A stretch of DNA of 64,000 bases from the NCBI RefSeq assembly GCF_000315625.1, contig NW_005434618.1, positions 316,429 through 380,428 of the forward strand, read 5' to 3'. Below, one piece after another: positions 13,201-26,300 of the stretch. The position numbers and the translations under genes are program-made. Position 1 is the stretch's first letter; the number at the start of each line of letters is the position of its first letter. This stretch comes from Guillardia theta CCMP2712. Its lineage: Eukaryota; Protista; Cryptophyta. The notes beneath the pieces are model-generated. The model was given only the letters and a program-made list of their open reading frames with translations, was not told the origin of the DNA and searched no databases.

Positions 13201-15008
13201 GACCTTGGTAGCTCTTGTCCTTCTCTCCTCCAGCCTGCTCTCCAGCTGACGGCTCTGCAAGGGAAATCGCCTGTGGGTCGAGCTGCAGGCTCGTAGCAGC
13301 AGCTTCCCTCCCGTGCAGGTGAATGAGCCTCGCAGGGCAGGAGCGACTTCTGATGTTGCAGCAGAGGAGCTACTGGGTTGCGTCCTCCCGCGTCCTCGCA
13401 GAGAAGGTCTCTTGTGCGAGTCGTTTACTGCTGCGATGATGGTCTGCTGCGTCGCAGGATCCGACGAGTCCATCGGATGCTCCTCGATCCTCGAGGCACG
13501 AACAAGTGCAGCAGGTGAAGTGCATTTCTTGTCCTCCTGCCTTGATGCTTCTTCTTCTTTCATCTTGCGGCGACAGTCAAGGCTGGCGGAAGGTCTGCAG
13601 ATTCTGCCTTCTCTTGCTCACTCTGAGATGCCCAACAGTGGCAAGTGGGGACGTGCTGGAGGTAGCGAGAGAGGAGCCGCAGGTTCACGTGTGCTGGTCG
13701 TGTGCTCCCTTCATCCCTGACGCTGATCCCGTCCAGGAAGCGATGGAGCGGGCGAGCTCCCTGGCCGTTGCGAGTCGCTCGAGCCCGTTGGGATGTGAAG
13801 CTCTCTTTGATCCGGACCCGGTGGAGCATGTCGGTGGCGTCGTGACGTGTCACTCCCTGTTCGCTCCTCCTCGCGATGGCGAGCTGGACGCCTCAATCAC
13901 CTGCGACCTGGTGGGCCTGGCAGAGGAGGGAAGTCTCCTCCAGCTCGAGGTCCACAGCGGTGGGATCCTCCTCCAGCCTCGAGAGTTTTCTGTCGACTGG
14001 TATCGAGTGCGGGGCGAGGAGGAGGACGAGGAAGCAGCGCACTCTCAGGCCGAGGCCGCACTGGGAGGAGCGAAAGGAGGAGGACGAGGAGGATCAGGGG
14101 GACGAGGAGAGCGAGGAGGGAGCGAGGAGCCTGCGGGTCGCAGTGTGGATGAGCAAGTCCATCTCTCCTCCTCCTCCAGCTACTCGCCCTCACGCGACGA
14201 CATCTCGCACAACCTCGTCGCCCTCGTCCGCGTGCCGGAAGCCTTCAACAGCCTCGACAGCGAGAAGTCCGCAGAGTTTCGCCTCCTCAGCCCCCAAGTG
14301 ACCCCGGGCGAGCCAGCGGTCTCCAACTTGAGGATCGTGCGCAGAGAGGGGAAGGAGGGGAGGAGTCTGATCCTTGAGGGGGGCTACGCTGGAGGGGAGG
14401 AAGGAGACTCCCGGTTCCAGTGGCTTCTTTCCTCTCAGGATGGGGAGGTCCAGGTGGTCGGTAGGGAACGCGAGCTGCGACTCGTCAAGGTACTTCACCT
14501 GACAAGTATCGATGTCGATGACCGGAGGATGCAGGACTTCATCGGGTGTCGTCTGCAAGGAGGCTACCTCCCCGTCCGGTGGATCTTCATCTTCAACATC
14601 CCCTGGCCTCCTTTCCTCCTCACCGCTCCCTCCTGCCTGCCTCGCTATGTCGTCTGCATCCATCGTCCATCCCTCATCCTGGCCTCTTGTCCCTTGTATC
14701 CTAGTCCTCTTCAACACCCTTCCTCCCTCCCCCACCCTTGCGTCCTTCCCGCGTCTGTATCCCCCTTCCCCCGCTCATCGTTCACCTCATGATCCCCGAG
14801 TCGCTGCATGCTCCATCTGGTCTCTGACTGCACGAGCAGGGCGGATGGGAGGGAGGGCGCCTGGACTTTCTCGGAGCTGTCAAAGAAGATAGCCGTCTAC
14901 GACGTCTACAACGAGGTCCAGCTGACGGACAAGCGAGGAGGAGGAGGAGGAGGAGGGGGAGGGGGAGGAGTAGGGGTAGGGGGAGGAAGGAGAAGCGCGA
15001 GGCAATGA
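10228..15008 (+). CDS. AIR9-like microtubule-associated protein (N-terminal LRRs plus A9 Ig-like repeats), spans an N gap
   Basis: SDS22-type LRRs (LxxLxLSxNxL) at 10430-10770 and LRR cap GNPV. A9 motifs YSPSRDDISHNL and GGYAGGEEGDSRFQW...DFIGCRLQGGYLPVR..DGREG at 14180-14860. Confidence 0.75.
11126..11225. other. Assembly gap (100 N)
   Basis: Run of N. Confidence 1.
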
Positions 15009-15023
15009 GCGGCGCCTGTACTT

Positions 15024-16724
15024 TTAAACTTTTGTGAGGCCGATAAGGGGCAACTCGATCAGCCCTGTCTCCCTCCCTCCCTCCTCCACCTGTATGAAGA
15101 ACTTCAGCCTGTCGTCTCAGCACACACGCTGCTGACCTGCGCGTACTCCAGCTTCTGCACCTTCCCTGATTGCAAGCGATCTCTGCGGGGGAGAGAAGTC
15201 AAGAGCAAGGGGAGCAGGGAGCAGGGCCCGCACACCTGAAGAGCGACCGGCGCAGGAGGATCTGGACAGCCTTCTGCACGCCCAGGCAGTGATCGTCGGG
15301 CAGGGGTGCATCCTGTTGAGAGTTTTGGCGGTCGAAGATGAAGGAGAACGCCTTCAGGATGTCTTTGTTGGAGCACTCTACGGGAGCGTCGAAATGAGAG
15401 GGGATGATCCTCTTCACGTCCCACCTCAGCACCCTCTTCACCCAGCTCCTGGCCAGCTCGGGGTCGGTCTCGTACACGAACAGCCTCAGCTGAGGGCAGA
15501 CGTAGAGCTTGTCGGTGAGCTTGTCAAAGTCTTCGTCCTTGTAGGGAGTCTGGATGGTGTAGATCTGCATCTGATCCATGGCCTTCTTCCTTGCCGGGCT
15601 CCACTCCTTGGGATAGAGGTTAAACGGAGCCCTCCGGTCCCTTGCCCCTGTTTCGGTGATCCAGTCAGTCTTGGTGCTGCTAATGTACGTCAGGCTGTCC
15701 GTGACCAGCAGCGTCTTGGATCTCTTGTGGAAGAGAGCAGCCTCGGCGGCGTTTGCGAACTGCGGGGCATCGAAGAAGAGAAGCTCGTGCTCGATCTCCC
15801 TCGCCCAGGGAGGAACGGGGCTGGCGGGGTAGGTTACCCCGTTGAGAATTGCCTGCTGGAAGTTGTTGGTCAGCCAGCCGTCGATCCTGATGGGCCGGAC
15901 GAGGTCGACGAAGAGACCGAGGCCGGCAGGCATGAGGTTGGTGAGCCCCGGCACGTAGTTGAAGACGCCGGGGCAGGCATAGAAGGAGGCCTGCGGGAAC
16001 TTGTCGACAAAGGAGCGGCAGAAGAACTTGTGCTCGAGGGCGGTCGAACCAAGGACGATGTGCTTCACGTCTCCCAGGGAGCGAACCATGTCGAGGCATT
16101 CACCAGTGGGAGCGATGGGGTTGTGGACGAGGATAGAGCCGTCCTCGAGCCTCACAGCCGTCATCCTGATGTTCACTGAGATGTTGAGGAATCCTATCGC
16201 CTGCTCTCCCCGATCAGAACACACCATGGATGAACCTCTCCGGTGCCGAGACCCTCACCTGCTCTAACATCCACATGTCCGTGGGAGGTTTGCCACCAAA
16301 AAGCGATGAGGAAGGGAAAGTGAGCTTCTCCATGTGTGTCTTCCTGGCGAAGTAAGGGTACCACACAGGGTTGAAAAACCTGCCGCACCGATCGTTCTGC
16401 TGTTAGTCTCCCTCATCATGAATGAACCACTCACCTTTCTTTGCTATCAGCCAGGAAGAGGTTGTTAATATCTGGGGTGCTGAAGAACATGCGCTCTCCT
16501 TTGCTCGGCGAAGCTCGCTTATTCGATACAACGACTGAAGAAACATATGGTCTACCACTTGACAGGGCGGGCATGAAGGAAGGGGAGAACGAGGAGGAGC
16601 AGGAGGGAAAGGAGGAGGAGTGTAAGGGCAAGGAGGAGATCAAGGAGGTTCGCCAGCCTCCCACCATGTCCACGAGGACAAGCGCTACGAGCGGGATCAA
16701 GGCTCCCTCCTGCCCTGTTGCCAT
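15024..16724 (-). CDS. DUF4336 family protein (metallo-beta-lactamase-like fold), probable plastid-targeted
   Basis: NIRMTAVRLEDGSILVHNPIAPTGEC...KHIVLGSTALEHK, EAALFHKRSKTLLVTD and WDVKRIIPSHFDAPV. First exon has a hydrophobic signal peptide, Trp at +1 and a Ser-rich transit-like region. 3' end approximate. Confidence 0.85.
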
Positions 16725-16794
16725 CCCTCCTTGCTTGTATGAAGTCAACGAATGTCCCTCCTCCCCACTCTTACCCCATTCGAACTTCCGAGTC

Positions 16795-17040
16795 GGCGGA
16801 CTGCGCAGGCCCGACTCCTACTACTCCCCGGCGGCAGCCCGGTAGTACGCCAGGTTCCGGGACTCATCTGGTGGGCCGTTTAGAGATCCACTGACTGATC
16901 ACTGATTGTCCTCGTACTGATCTTTAACTTAACTTTGAGTAAAGATCACCGGGCAGAAACGGTCTTCAACTTCGAATTCAGCAAACAACTTAAAGTTCTT
17001 TTGTACTAGGTGGCGGACTGCGCAGGCCCGACTCCTACTA
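16795..17040. repeat. Perfect 29-bp direct repeat in divergent intergenic region
   Basis: GGCGGACTGCGCAGGCCCGACTCCTACTA at 16795-16823 and 17012-17040. Confidence 0.95.
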
Positions 17041-17316
17041 GACTTTTGAGTCCTGCGCCGGGCCAGCCCGCCCCCCCTCCCCGGGCCTGCTTGCCGGGGG
17101 GTTCATTTGGTACTGCCCCTTGGACACTAGACGTCGGGGATGGGAGGAACAGGGGTATGGGAAGGGATATTGGGGGGTGAGTAGATGGGGGGTCACATGA
17201 GGTGACTGAGGTGAGTGGGGTGGGGTCCTACCTTTGACAAGCGTGATGGATGGACGCGACATGGAGAAAGACAAGAGGACGATGGCGGTAAGAAGGCGGC
17301 GGGAGAGAGGGAGATC

Positions 17317-20300
17317 ATGCGGAACAGTCTGATGGGGAGGAGACCATGTGGAAGACAGCCTCTCCTTGTGGGCTCTCTTGGCAAGTTGATTGCATACATG
17401 AGATCTTTGGATTGACTGCGCTGCTGTTGGAGTTTTTCTGCTATGGTGCTGATGATGCTTTCATTTTTACAAGGTTGGGGAGTGAATTTTCCAACACTCT
17501 TTCACATGGCCCATCCATGGTCAAGCTGCGTCTTCATCATTTACACACTCATAGGTACTGGTGCCGGTTATTTATGTTTACTGACACATCACAACAGTCA
17601 ACCTTGTTCCTGCCCAAGGTTCGGCTGGATTCTCCCTCAGTTTACAGCATACCTCTGAACCATGCTCTTTCGGCACAAGCTTGAAAGCCCGAAATCAGTC
17701 GTCAGGGCTGTGTGTTCTCCATTGTGTGAGGAATCCCTTTCCCTCTATCACCCTCAATTTTCTCGAGAACGGGGGCCCTCCCGAAGTCCTAGCATCAGTC
17801 GTGGTGACGGCGCAGCTGTGGAAGGATGGCATGAAGAAGAGCCTGAGTGGGGTGACAGCTGTGGAGATCTTGGCATCGAAGGACATTGTCTTCGACAACT
17901 TGCAGCTCGATGCGCTGGAAATCGGTTCCAACTACACTATCACTTTCAGCGCGTACTTCCGTGGTGAAACAGTAGTGTTTGGAACGAACCCAATCACTTT
18001 CATCGGTGAGTTCCTGAGACCCGACTCACAGGATCTGTTTTACTATGTCGGGCAAACCTTCGATACGCTGAATGTGCAGATGAGATCAACGGATTTCACA
18101 CGGGCTGTGTCAGCGAGGATTAACAACAGTCTCTTCTTCTTTGAAGACAACTATCAGTCCTATCAGATTGCGTTCACCGAAGGATTCTACTCGATTGATG
18201 GTGTTAACTCGGAACTGCGATTGAAACTTGAAGACCTGGGTATTGCTGTCGACCTGTTTTCTTTCACCAAAGTCCAAGATAAGGTATTTGAACGTTGAGC
18301 GTTCGTGGGCATGTTACGCTGAAGTGGATGCCAATGTCAGGTGGTCATCAACGTTGCCTTCGAGGGTTGGAGGGTTATCTTCAGTGCAAGCGGCTCCATC
18401 GGAAGCTTCCTGGGATTCAATCGAGATATTCCAAACAGCAATGAATACACTGTTGTGCCTAATATGCAGTTCACTGCTGACTTTGCTCGACAGGTAGATA
18501 CGCTTCTTGTTGATTTGCTGTTGCTGGTCTTGTACTAACCTAGTCATTCAGAGCCTGCCTATCACACTGCCCGCCGGTCAAGCGGCATGCGGACGTTTCT
18601 GTGCAGTGGCACACAGTGATATCCAAATGAAGGACAAGTTCAATGTGTCAGTCAAGGTGTTCGATGTCGGCGATGGGCAGCTCAAGGGCTCGATCTATGG
18701 TGAGACAGTAGTTGCGATTGATGCTGGTGTCGCAAGTTTCTCGAGCATCAGAGCAAACGGTCTGGTTGGCTCCAGGTTTGTACTTGTGTTTTACCTGGAT
18801 CAAGTGTCTGTGGTTTCTGCTGTCAATCAACAGATTCGGGACTTCTATCAGCAGAGCTCGTTGCAGTATCCCCTTCAGCTCGGGCTCTTTCCCGACACAC
18901 TGCAAATCGACTGGAGCTCTGGAAACGTGCTTGTCGACGAGTCAGTGAGCACGATGTCTGTAACGCTAGTCGATAGCGCCATGCCCCTGACGACTCTCGT
19001 GGTGGTGGAGACCGATGGTTTCATTCTGGACATAGAGCTCTTGAACTCCAACCAGAACCTTAACCTTCAGTATCTGGGAGGAACGACAACCCAGTATGTC
19101 GAGTCCGCTAAGTCCCTCTTTGCAGACCTCAAAATTCTCGGGACGGCGGGAACGGGCTATGTCTTCAAGGTCTGCCTCAGCAATCAAAACTCGATCCTCC
19201 CGCTCTGCACGCAAACGGCCACGTTTGTTGTCTATCCTCAAGGGATCTCCATCGTTGAGAGCACTTGGCCGAAGTATCTCTACGAGGACCAGACCTTCCC
19301 TCAGATCTCCATCCGTATGATCGGTTCGAGCCTGTCCAACCTGCGCTTCTTCAACACAGACGCTTTTGAGATAGAAGTATCCTTGCTTCGCCATGGAATC
19401 CGCCGGCCAACGGCCTTTAGCTCGACTCCCAAACTTATCTTCACTGGACTACAGGATGTCAAGTTCAACAACCTGAGAGTCTTCGATGAACTTGGTTCTG
19501 AGTACCAACTGCTGTTTGTCTTGAACATCAATGCTGCGTTCCTTAGCGCCGCAACGTCGTCGTCTCTTGTCACACAACGTGCTGTGACTCCCCTATTTGA
19601 CATGATACCGAGAGGCGTACAGATTCAAGAGGTCTCCGACTTCAACTGCGGTGGATCCTTTCAAGCCTCAGTGTCTCTCGTGACCTTCGCCATGATCAAC
19701 TTGATCCCAGCCGACGGTTTTGAAGTCTCCCTGGTGCTCGTTGCGAGTGAAGACCTGGGCAGCGAGTCCAGCCTGCAAGGCACAACCAAGAGAAACATCA
19801 CTGGGACATCTGTCACCTTCAGCGGCCTTCAGTTGCTGTCATCCTCTCCCTCCTGCATCGGAACCTACCGGCTCAACTACACCCTCACGTGCCTGTTCTC
19901 CGGCCAGACTTACGGGCCTTACCAGTCCAACGCCTTTCGAGTCCTTCCGTACAACATCAGCTTTCAGTTTCCTCTCCCCACCAACCTCCTCGAAGGAGAA
20001 CTCCTTCCGACCGTGGTGGTGCAAGTCCAAGGGGCCAACGGCGACGTCCTGAGTGGCCTGACGGGGTCAGCTGACAAGTTTGGCCTTGTGAGCGTCCAGC
20101 TGTACCGCGATGAGTCTGGACCATGCGCTGCTCCTTCATCCTCTCCCTCCTCCGCTCCTCCGCTCCCCAACCTTCACGGACGGAAGGAGCTCAATCTTAC
20201 CTCGGGCAAGGCTGAATTCTCTGACCTGACCATCTTTGGGATCATCGGCTCCTGCTACGTGCTTGTGGCCAACTACACAGTCCCGAGCATGGCGAGCTTC

Positions 20301-23300
20301 GTGCTGAGATCTACGACCTTCCGCCTGTGGCCCAACTCCCTGAGCAGCAACCTCACCAACGAATGCGACTTCAACAACTTTCCCAGCATCAACTGCAGCC
20401 TGTTGGCGCTGGTGGGCCGCCCGCTGCCACCGGTTGTCGTCCGTCCGATCTTGAGAGATATGTCGGGATCGTGGGAGCTCGAGGCCGTCGACCAGTTGTA
20501 CGTCGGCGCGTCACTTGTTAGCTGCGAGACTCGTTGCAAGCAAACCCTCAGGAACTCCTCGTGTGAGGTCGACTACTACCCTCCCAGGCTCCTCACGCTC
20601 TCGACGTCCTTTGCTGGGAGCCTGGTCGAGAGGCAGCTGGACTATCCGATCTTTGGCGTCAGCGCAGCATCCTTTGACATCAAGAGGATCTCTCAGAACT
20701 CTTCATGGCCGGGTCATCCCAACTGCCTCTCAGTGGAGCTTCGTGCCAACGTGGATCTGCTGGGAGGCCAGGGGGCGAGCATCACAGTCTCAGGGCTGTC
20801 AGGATTGAACTTGCGGTCGCAGACAGGCGTCAGGCTGGTCGACTCCCATGGCAACGACTTGTCCTCGATGTGGTTCAAGAGCACGTCCTGGAAGCAAGGG
20901 ATCGGTGAGCTGGCAGTGCAGCTGAGGGATGACGTCACCCTGGCAGCTGGGCAGGAGCTGAACTTCACCCTCTGCGCCCGCAACTCCATGGTAGCCCAGG
21001 AGTCACCGGCTGTGGTCGTGGAGGCCAACGGGGGGGTCGTCATACCCCCCAGCCTGATGGAGAAGGGGGTGGGTCCGAGGGCCCCCATGAGCATCGACGC
21101 TCCTCGCATGTCCGTCGCTGACATCGGGCAGAGTTCCCCTGGCCGGGGGCGGACAACCAAGTACTCATCACCCTCGTGCCCAACTTCCAAGATGCCGGCG
21201 GCCAGCTGACACTGCTGGGCCTTCCCAGCACCTTCTCCAGCAGAGCCTGTCCCTGGTCAACGTGGCCCCGCAGCACCTCAGCGACCTCTCGACCCTCCTG
21301 GTCGACCTGCAGGCGTCGGCGATCTCCATCGGCTACAGCTCGCTGGTGAGCGGAAGGAGTTACGTACTCTCCTTCTCCCTTGTCAACCCGGTCTCCCAGT
21401 CTCCCCCCTCTGCTGTCTCAGTGCAAGTCGCCTCCCCCCAGCTCCAGACTTTCGTCCAAGGCCTCACCGCAGACAACCGCCCGATCAGCGGCCTCCTCGG
21501 GTCAGTGGCGGGAGATGCCGCCCCTTTCTACGTTCAGAACGCTTCCGTAGCCTTTCTGTCGCTGTACCAGAGCAGCTCCTTCCCGTACCCCGCCTCGTCA
21601 GCAATCATCCTCCGAGTAGGCTTCAACTTCAGGATTGCTGCTCTTGCCACCTTGCAGCTCACGGGGTTTGCCGACGCTGTTCTCCTCTCCAACGCGACCT
21701 TGTCCTACAAAGCAGCCAACGGGACCAACGTGACGTCGCCCGCCACCATCGACGTCGTCGGAGGGAAGCTGAGCATTCAGACTGACATGGCACTGAGTGC
21801 GGGGCGTGAGCTCTTCGTGGCGTTCTCAGTGGAGAACCCAAAGTGGCGGGTCAACCAGTCCGTTACCTTGGAAACCACTACGGATCTCTACAACTCCAGC
21901 TTGCTCCTGAGCAGCGAGGTCGGCCGCTACCTCGTCGAGGCTCCAGGGTTTCACTCGGCCACCATAAGGAGGAACACAAGTTATGCGGGCATGCCAGCCA
22001 AAGTCACCATCTCCCTCCTCTGCAACATCCCCCTCCTCGCCGGGTCTGTGCTCACCATCACCTCCTCCTCAGCTGTTTTCCAGCTAGCGCAGGTCTGCTG
22101 GGCCGCTCAGAATCTTGTCTCGGTGACGATCGAGCCAGAGAGGGTCTCCCTTGCGCTCCTGACAAACTTGACAACCTTGCAAGCGATCGACGTCTCCTTG
22201 TGCGCTACCAACGACGCCCAGTCCCTCCCTCCGCCTTCGTTCCTCCTTGCTGCCAACTTGATCTCTCCAGGAACGTGTTCGAGCTGCTACGAGACGATCG
22301 ACCTGGTCTCACTGGACGGCGGCAGCATGCAGATAGACCCGCCAGGCTTCACCACCGCCCAGATCACTCAGACGAACCCCTTCCCTCTAGGCAAGAACAC
22401 CATCTTCATCACCCTGATACCCAACTTCCTGGTAAACGTGAACTCGTCGGTGACCTTCACCTTCTCCCTGGGCTCCAACGAGACCCTCGGCGACTTGCTC
22501 AGCGACTTGAGTGTCTTCCCATCAGACCTCTCCGACTCTTACCAGGTGGACGCTGCGGGCCCGAGCATCCGCTTCCTCCTCAGCAGGGACGTGCGAGCTG
22601 GAGAGGTGATGCTGTTTGCCTGGAACGTGTCCAACCCTGCAGGAGCTCGGAACTCCACACCCGTCTCGGTATCCTGCAGCTTTCAGGGGCTGGTAAGAGT
22701 TGCTTCCTACCAGCTTCAGGAGGACTCGTCAGCGATTGCCGGGCAACTCTGGTCCATCAGAGGAGACAAGCTACCGTTCCGTGTGAGCCCCCCAGCCATT
22801 CCCTTCGGCCAGGCTCATCAGTCGACAAACTACCCAGGAAGGTCCAACGAGATCAGCATCAACTTTGCCCTCACCGTCGAGATGCCGGCCGGTAGCAAGT
22901 TCACTCTCGCTGGGCTCGACATCGCATGCTCGGGGAGCAAGGACATGGTCGTGTATGGCGGCAGCGGCAGCACCGTCCCCACCCTCTCCTCCTCCTGCCC
23001 CGCCAACACTTCCATCACCTGCGCCATCTATGACTGCTCCTCTCTCAGCCTCCTCCTCGAGCTCGCCAACAGCCTCCCTGCCGGGGAAGTGATTGCGTTC
23101 AAACTAACCCTGCAGAACCCCAGCTCCGTCTCCTTTCTCGACTCCTCCTACCTTGACAGCCTGACGGAGCTGGACTGTACCCCAGCAGGCGGGCAGCTGA
23201 CCGGGCAAACTTCGCGGCAGCTGGGGTCCTCCTTCCTCTTCGACCGCCTTGTCGTCGGTGGAGCCTTCGGCTTCTTCGCCATCGAGTTTGACCTCATCCA

Positions 23301-26300
23301 TCAAGTCGTCGGCAACCCCGTCAGGACGAGGGGGAGGTCAGACCGTTTCCTCGTGGCCCCAGCGAGCATCCAGCTGGATCCTTCCCAGCTGGACTCTGAG
23401 TACCAGACGTCTCCTGCCGTCCTCTCCAACAGCTCCCACGGCAACCTCCCTCTCTTCCTTGTCTCGTTCCTCGATCAGCTCGGCCGCGTCCTCAACGTCT
23501 CGTCCCCGGGCATCCGAGTGGTGGCGCATCTACTCAAGAGCGGGCACGTCATGGACGAGTTCTTGGAGGGGCAGACGATACAGAGGGCCCAGGGCTACAG
23601 CGCGAAGTTCACGGACTTGAGGATCGCGTACCTGACAGGCAGGAACTTCTCCCTCACCTTTAGCATCGAGCTCGGCAGCCGCTCCCTCTCCTCCTCAACC
23701 TCTCACTTCAACATCCTGCCGTCGGCGCTGAAGGCCAACGGCTGCCCCGGGGACGTCCTGACCGGGCAGAGCTTCCAGCTCACCTTCCACCTCGTCGACC
23801 AGAACGGTGTTGTCCTCTCTGCAGACGACGGCAGCTTCAGCATCGAGATCGACCTCCTCCTCGACGGCGCTCCCTCCTCTCAGTACCTCCTCGGCCATCG
23901 GACGGCCCTGATCAAGGATGATGCGATCTCCTTCCCGGATCTCCGCATCCTCAACGTCTCCGGCAGCAACTTCCGCTTCCAATTCACCCTGGCGGTGGAC
24001 GGGCAGCCCATGGGCTCGATGCTCAACTCGTCGGGGAGCTCGGACTGCACCTCCTCCTTCTCTGTCTTCCCTTCCTCCATGCGCCTCGTGCCGCAGGCCG
24101 ACTGCATCAGCAGCTTCCTGTCAGGGGAACTGCTTTCCTCCTTCACCTTGGAGGTGCTGGACGTCGAAGGCAAGCCAATCGAGACTGTCTCCGACCCTTC
24201 ATTCGCGCTTGTCAAGGCTTCCCTGCTCCCTGCCCAGCTGGCAGATCAGCTCAACGGCACCACCCAGGTCCCGCTGAGCTCCGGCCGAGTGACCTTCTCC
24301 TCTCTCCGGGCCCCCATTGCCGGGATATCACTCCGCCTGCTGTTCGAGCTGCAGCTGTCGATAACCACTGCCGTCATCAGCAGCAACTCCTCTGCTTTCG
24401 TCGTTGCCAGCGACCCGTTCGACGTCCTCCCAGTCAGCATCCACCTCGAGAACGCCTCCAGCGTTCCCCACCTCCTCTGCTCTGCCCATCCCCTCTTCCT
24501 CCCTCCTCTCCACTTCCTCCTCCTCGATGTCAATGGCGCTCGGATCTCAGCAGCCCTGGACCTCAAGATTGCGGTCTCACTGTACAACAGCAACGGGGAG
24601 GATCTCGCTGGTAAGATCCAAGGATCCTCCTGCCACGACGTGTCCTCCTCCTCCTCCTCCGCCCTCTTCACCGACCTTCTCATCGAGGTCAGCGACGTTG
24701 GAAGCTTCTCCCTGCTGTTCACCCTCAACGGACCTCTGTGCAACCTGTACCAGGGCAGGAGCTACTCCCTGGACCTCAACAGCTCTTTGTGCCAGCTCCA
24801 GGACCCCACGAGCATACTTGACATCCAGCAGTACCTGTCCAACAGGACGAGCACTGCTGAGCTGGTGCTGGGAGGGGAGGAGGAGGCGTTCGGCCTGCAG
24901 GCGAAGACTCTGACGTTCATGTCCCAAGAGAGCGGCTCGAACCTCTTCCTTGACGCGCAGTTCCCCTTCCTGCAGAACTCCTCCAGCCTCGGCTCCTTCT
25001 CCCCTCTAGACGCGCACGACGTCACGATCTCCTCCGCCAACTTCTCCGAGCTGTCGGTCAAACTCCCCGACGACCTCGTCCGGCCCCTTGCCTACTCTGA
25101 GGTCACCAGGTTCAGCCAATGGAGAGGAGCAGAGATCAGCGAGAGGTGGGATGCGTCGTTTGAGCCCCTCAAAGTCGCCTACTACACCCGAGCAGCGGGC
25201 AAGAAAGACAGTCTCGAGTCGGACGTCCAGTACGACGTGCCGGGACGGGTCTTCCCTCCTGACGTCCAGCTGAAGGACAGGAGGACGCTAACGCCCTGGG
25301 CAGCTCGCTATGAAGGCAGCAGCTTCCAGCTGCGGAAGCAGAGATGGAGAGACACCTCGGGCAATGGTCAGGACGCGATCGTAGAGTCAGGCTACTGCAA
25401 CTGGCCGGGCCCGAGCTCGGGCAGGCCGGTCGTGATGGGCTCGGGGACTGAAGTGATTCTCTTCCCCGAGGGCCTTCTACAGGAGTCCTTTACCCTCTGC
25501 ACTGCCTACCGCAGCGCCAACGGCAAGACGCCATGGCGGCTAGTGCGAAACCAGAACGAGTCTGACCTGTGGTATGAGCAGACCTTCCAGCAGTCCCAGA
25601 TGACCGTCGACGAGTGGAAGCTGGTGTGTGTGTTCAGAGACGTCACCTCCATCGCGTTCCAGGAGATTTCCTACAGCGGCGATCATTCCCTTCCGTCCTC
25701 CCTGCCCGCTGCCGATCGCCTCTCCCTCATCTTCAACCCTTCTTCCTCCTGGTCCCTCCTCGAGCTCGCAGTCTGGCCTCGCGTCCTTGGGGCCGCTGAC
25801 TACGGGGAACTGGTCACTTTCTACAACAACATGGCATACTCCGACACCCTACCCAGCCCGACCCCAGCTATGAAGCAAGCTCCGCATATGCCAGAGATCT
25901 TCCGTTGCTCCGCCATGCCCACACTGCCCTGCCGCCTCCCCTCCGGTAACCTCTGCTCCTCCAGCAGCTCCGGAGCTCGCGCTACAGGCGGGTCGGTGGG
26001 CTACGACGGGGTGGTGATCTCGTCAGAGGTCCAGGTGTGGGTGACGAGGGACTACGCGCCTGGCAACGAAGAGCTGCAGGTCTCCTCGCTCGAGCTGCTG
26101 GGCTTCCGGCGGGACGCTCCTCTCGAGCAGGACGTGCTCGTGTCGTTTGCTGGGTATCAGCTGCAGGTGGTGGGAGTGAGCTGGACTAGCAGTTCGGTCC
26201 TGGTCACGCCAAACTACCAGACGCAGGTGGTCCTTGCAAACACGCAGGCGGTCACGATCGTGAATGTTTGCGGGTACGAGGCCTCCCAGCCAGTCGACAT

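Noticed and set aside
15289-16179. 296-aa plus-strand ORF (similarly 30458-31333, 45231-46043, 61377-62312)
   Set aside because: Antisense shadows of GC-rich real genes.
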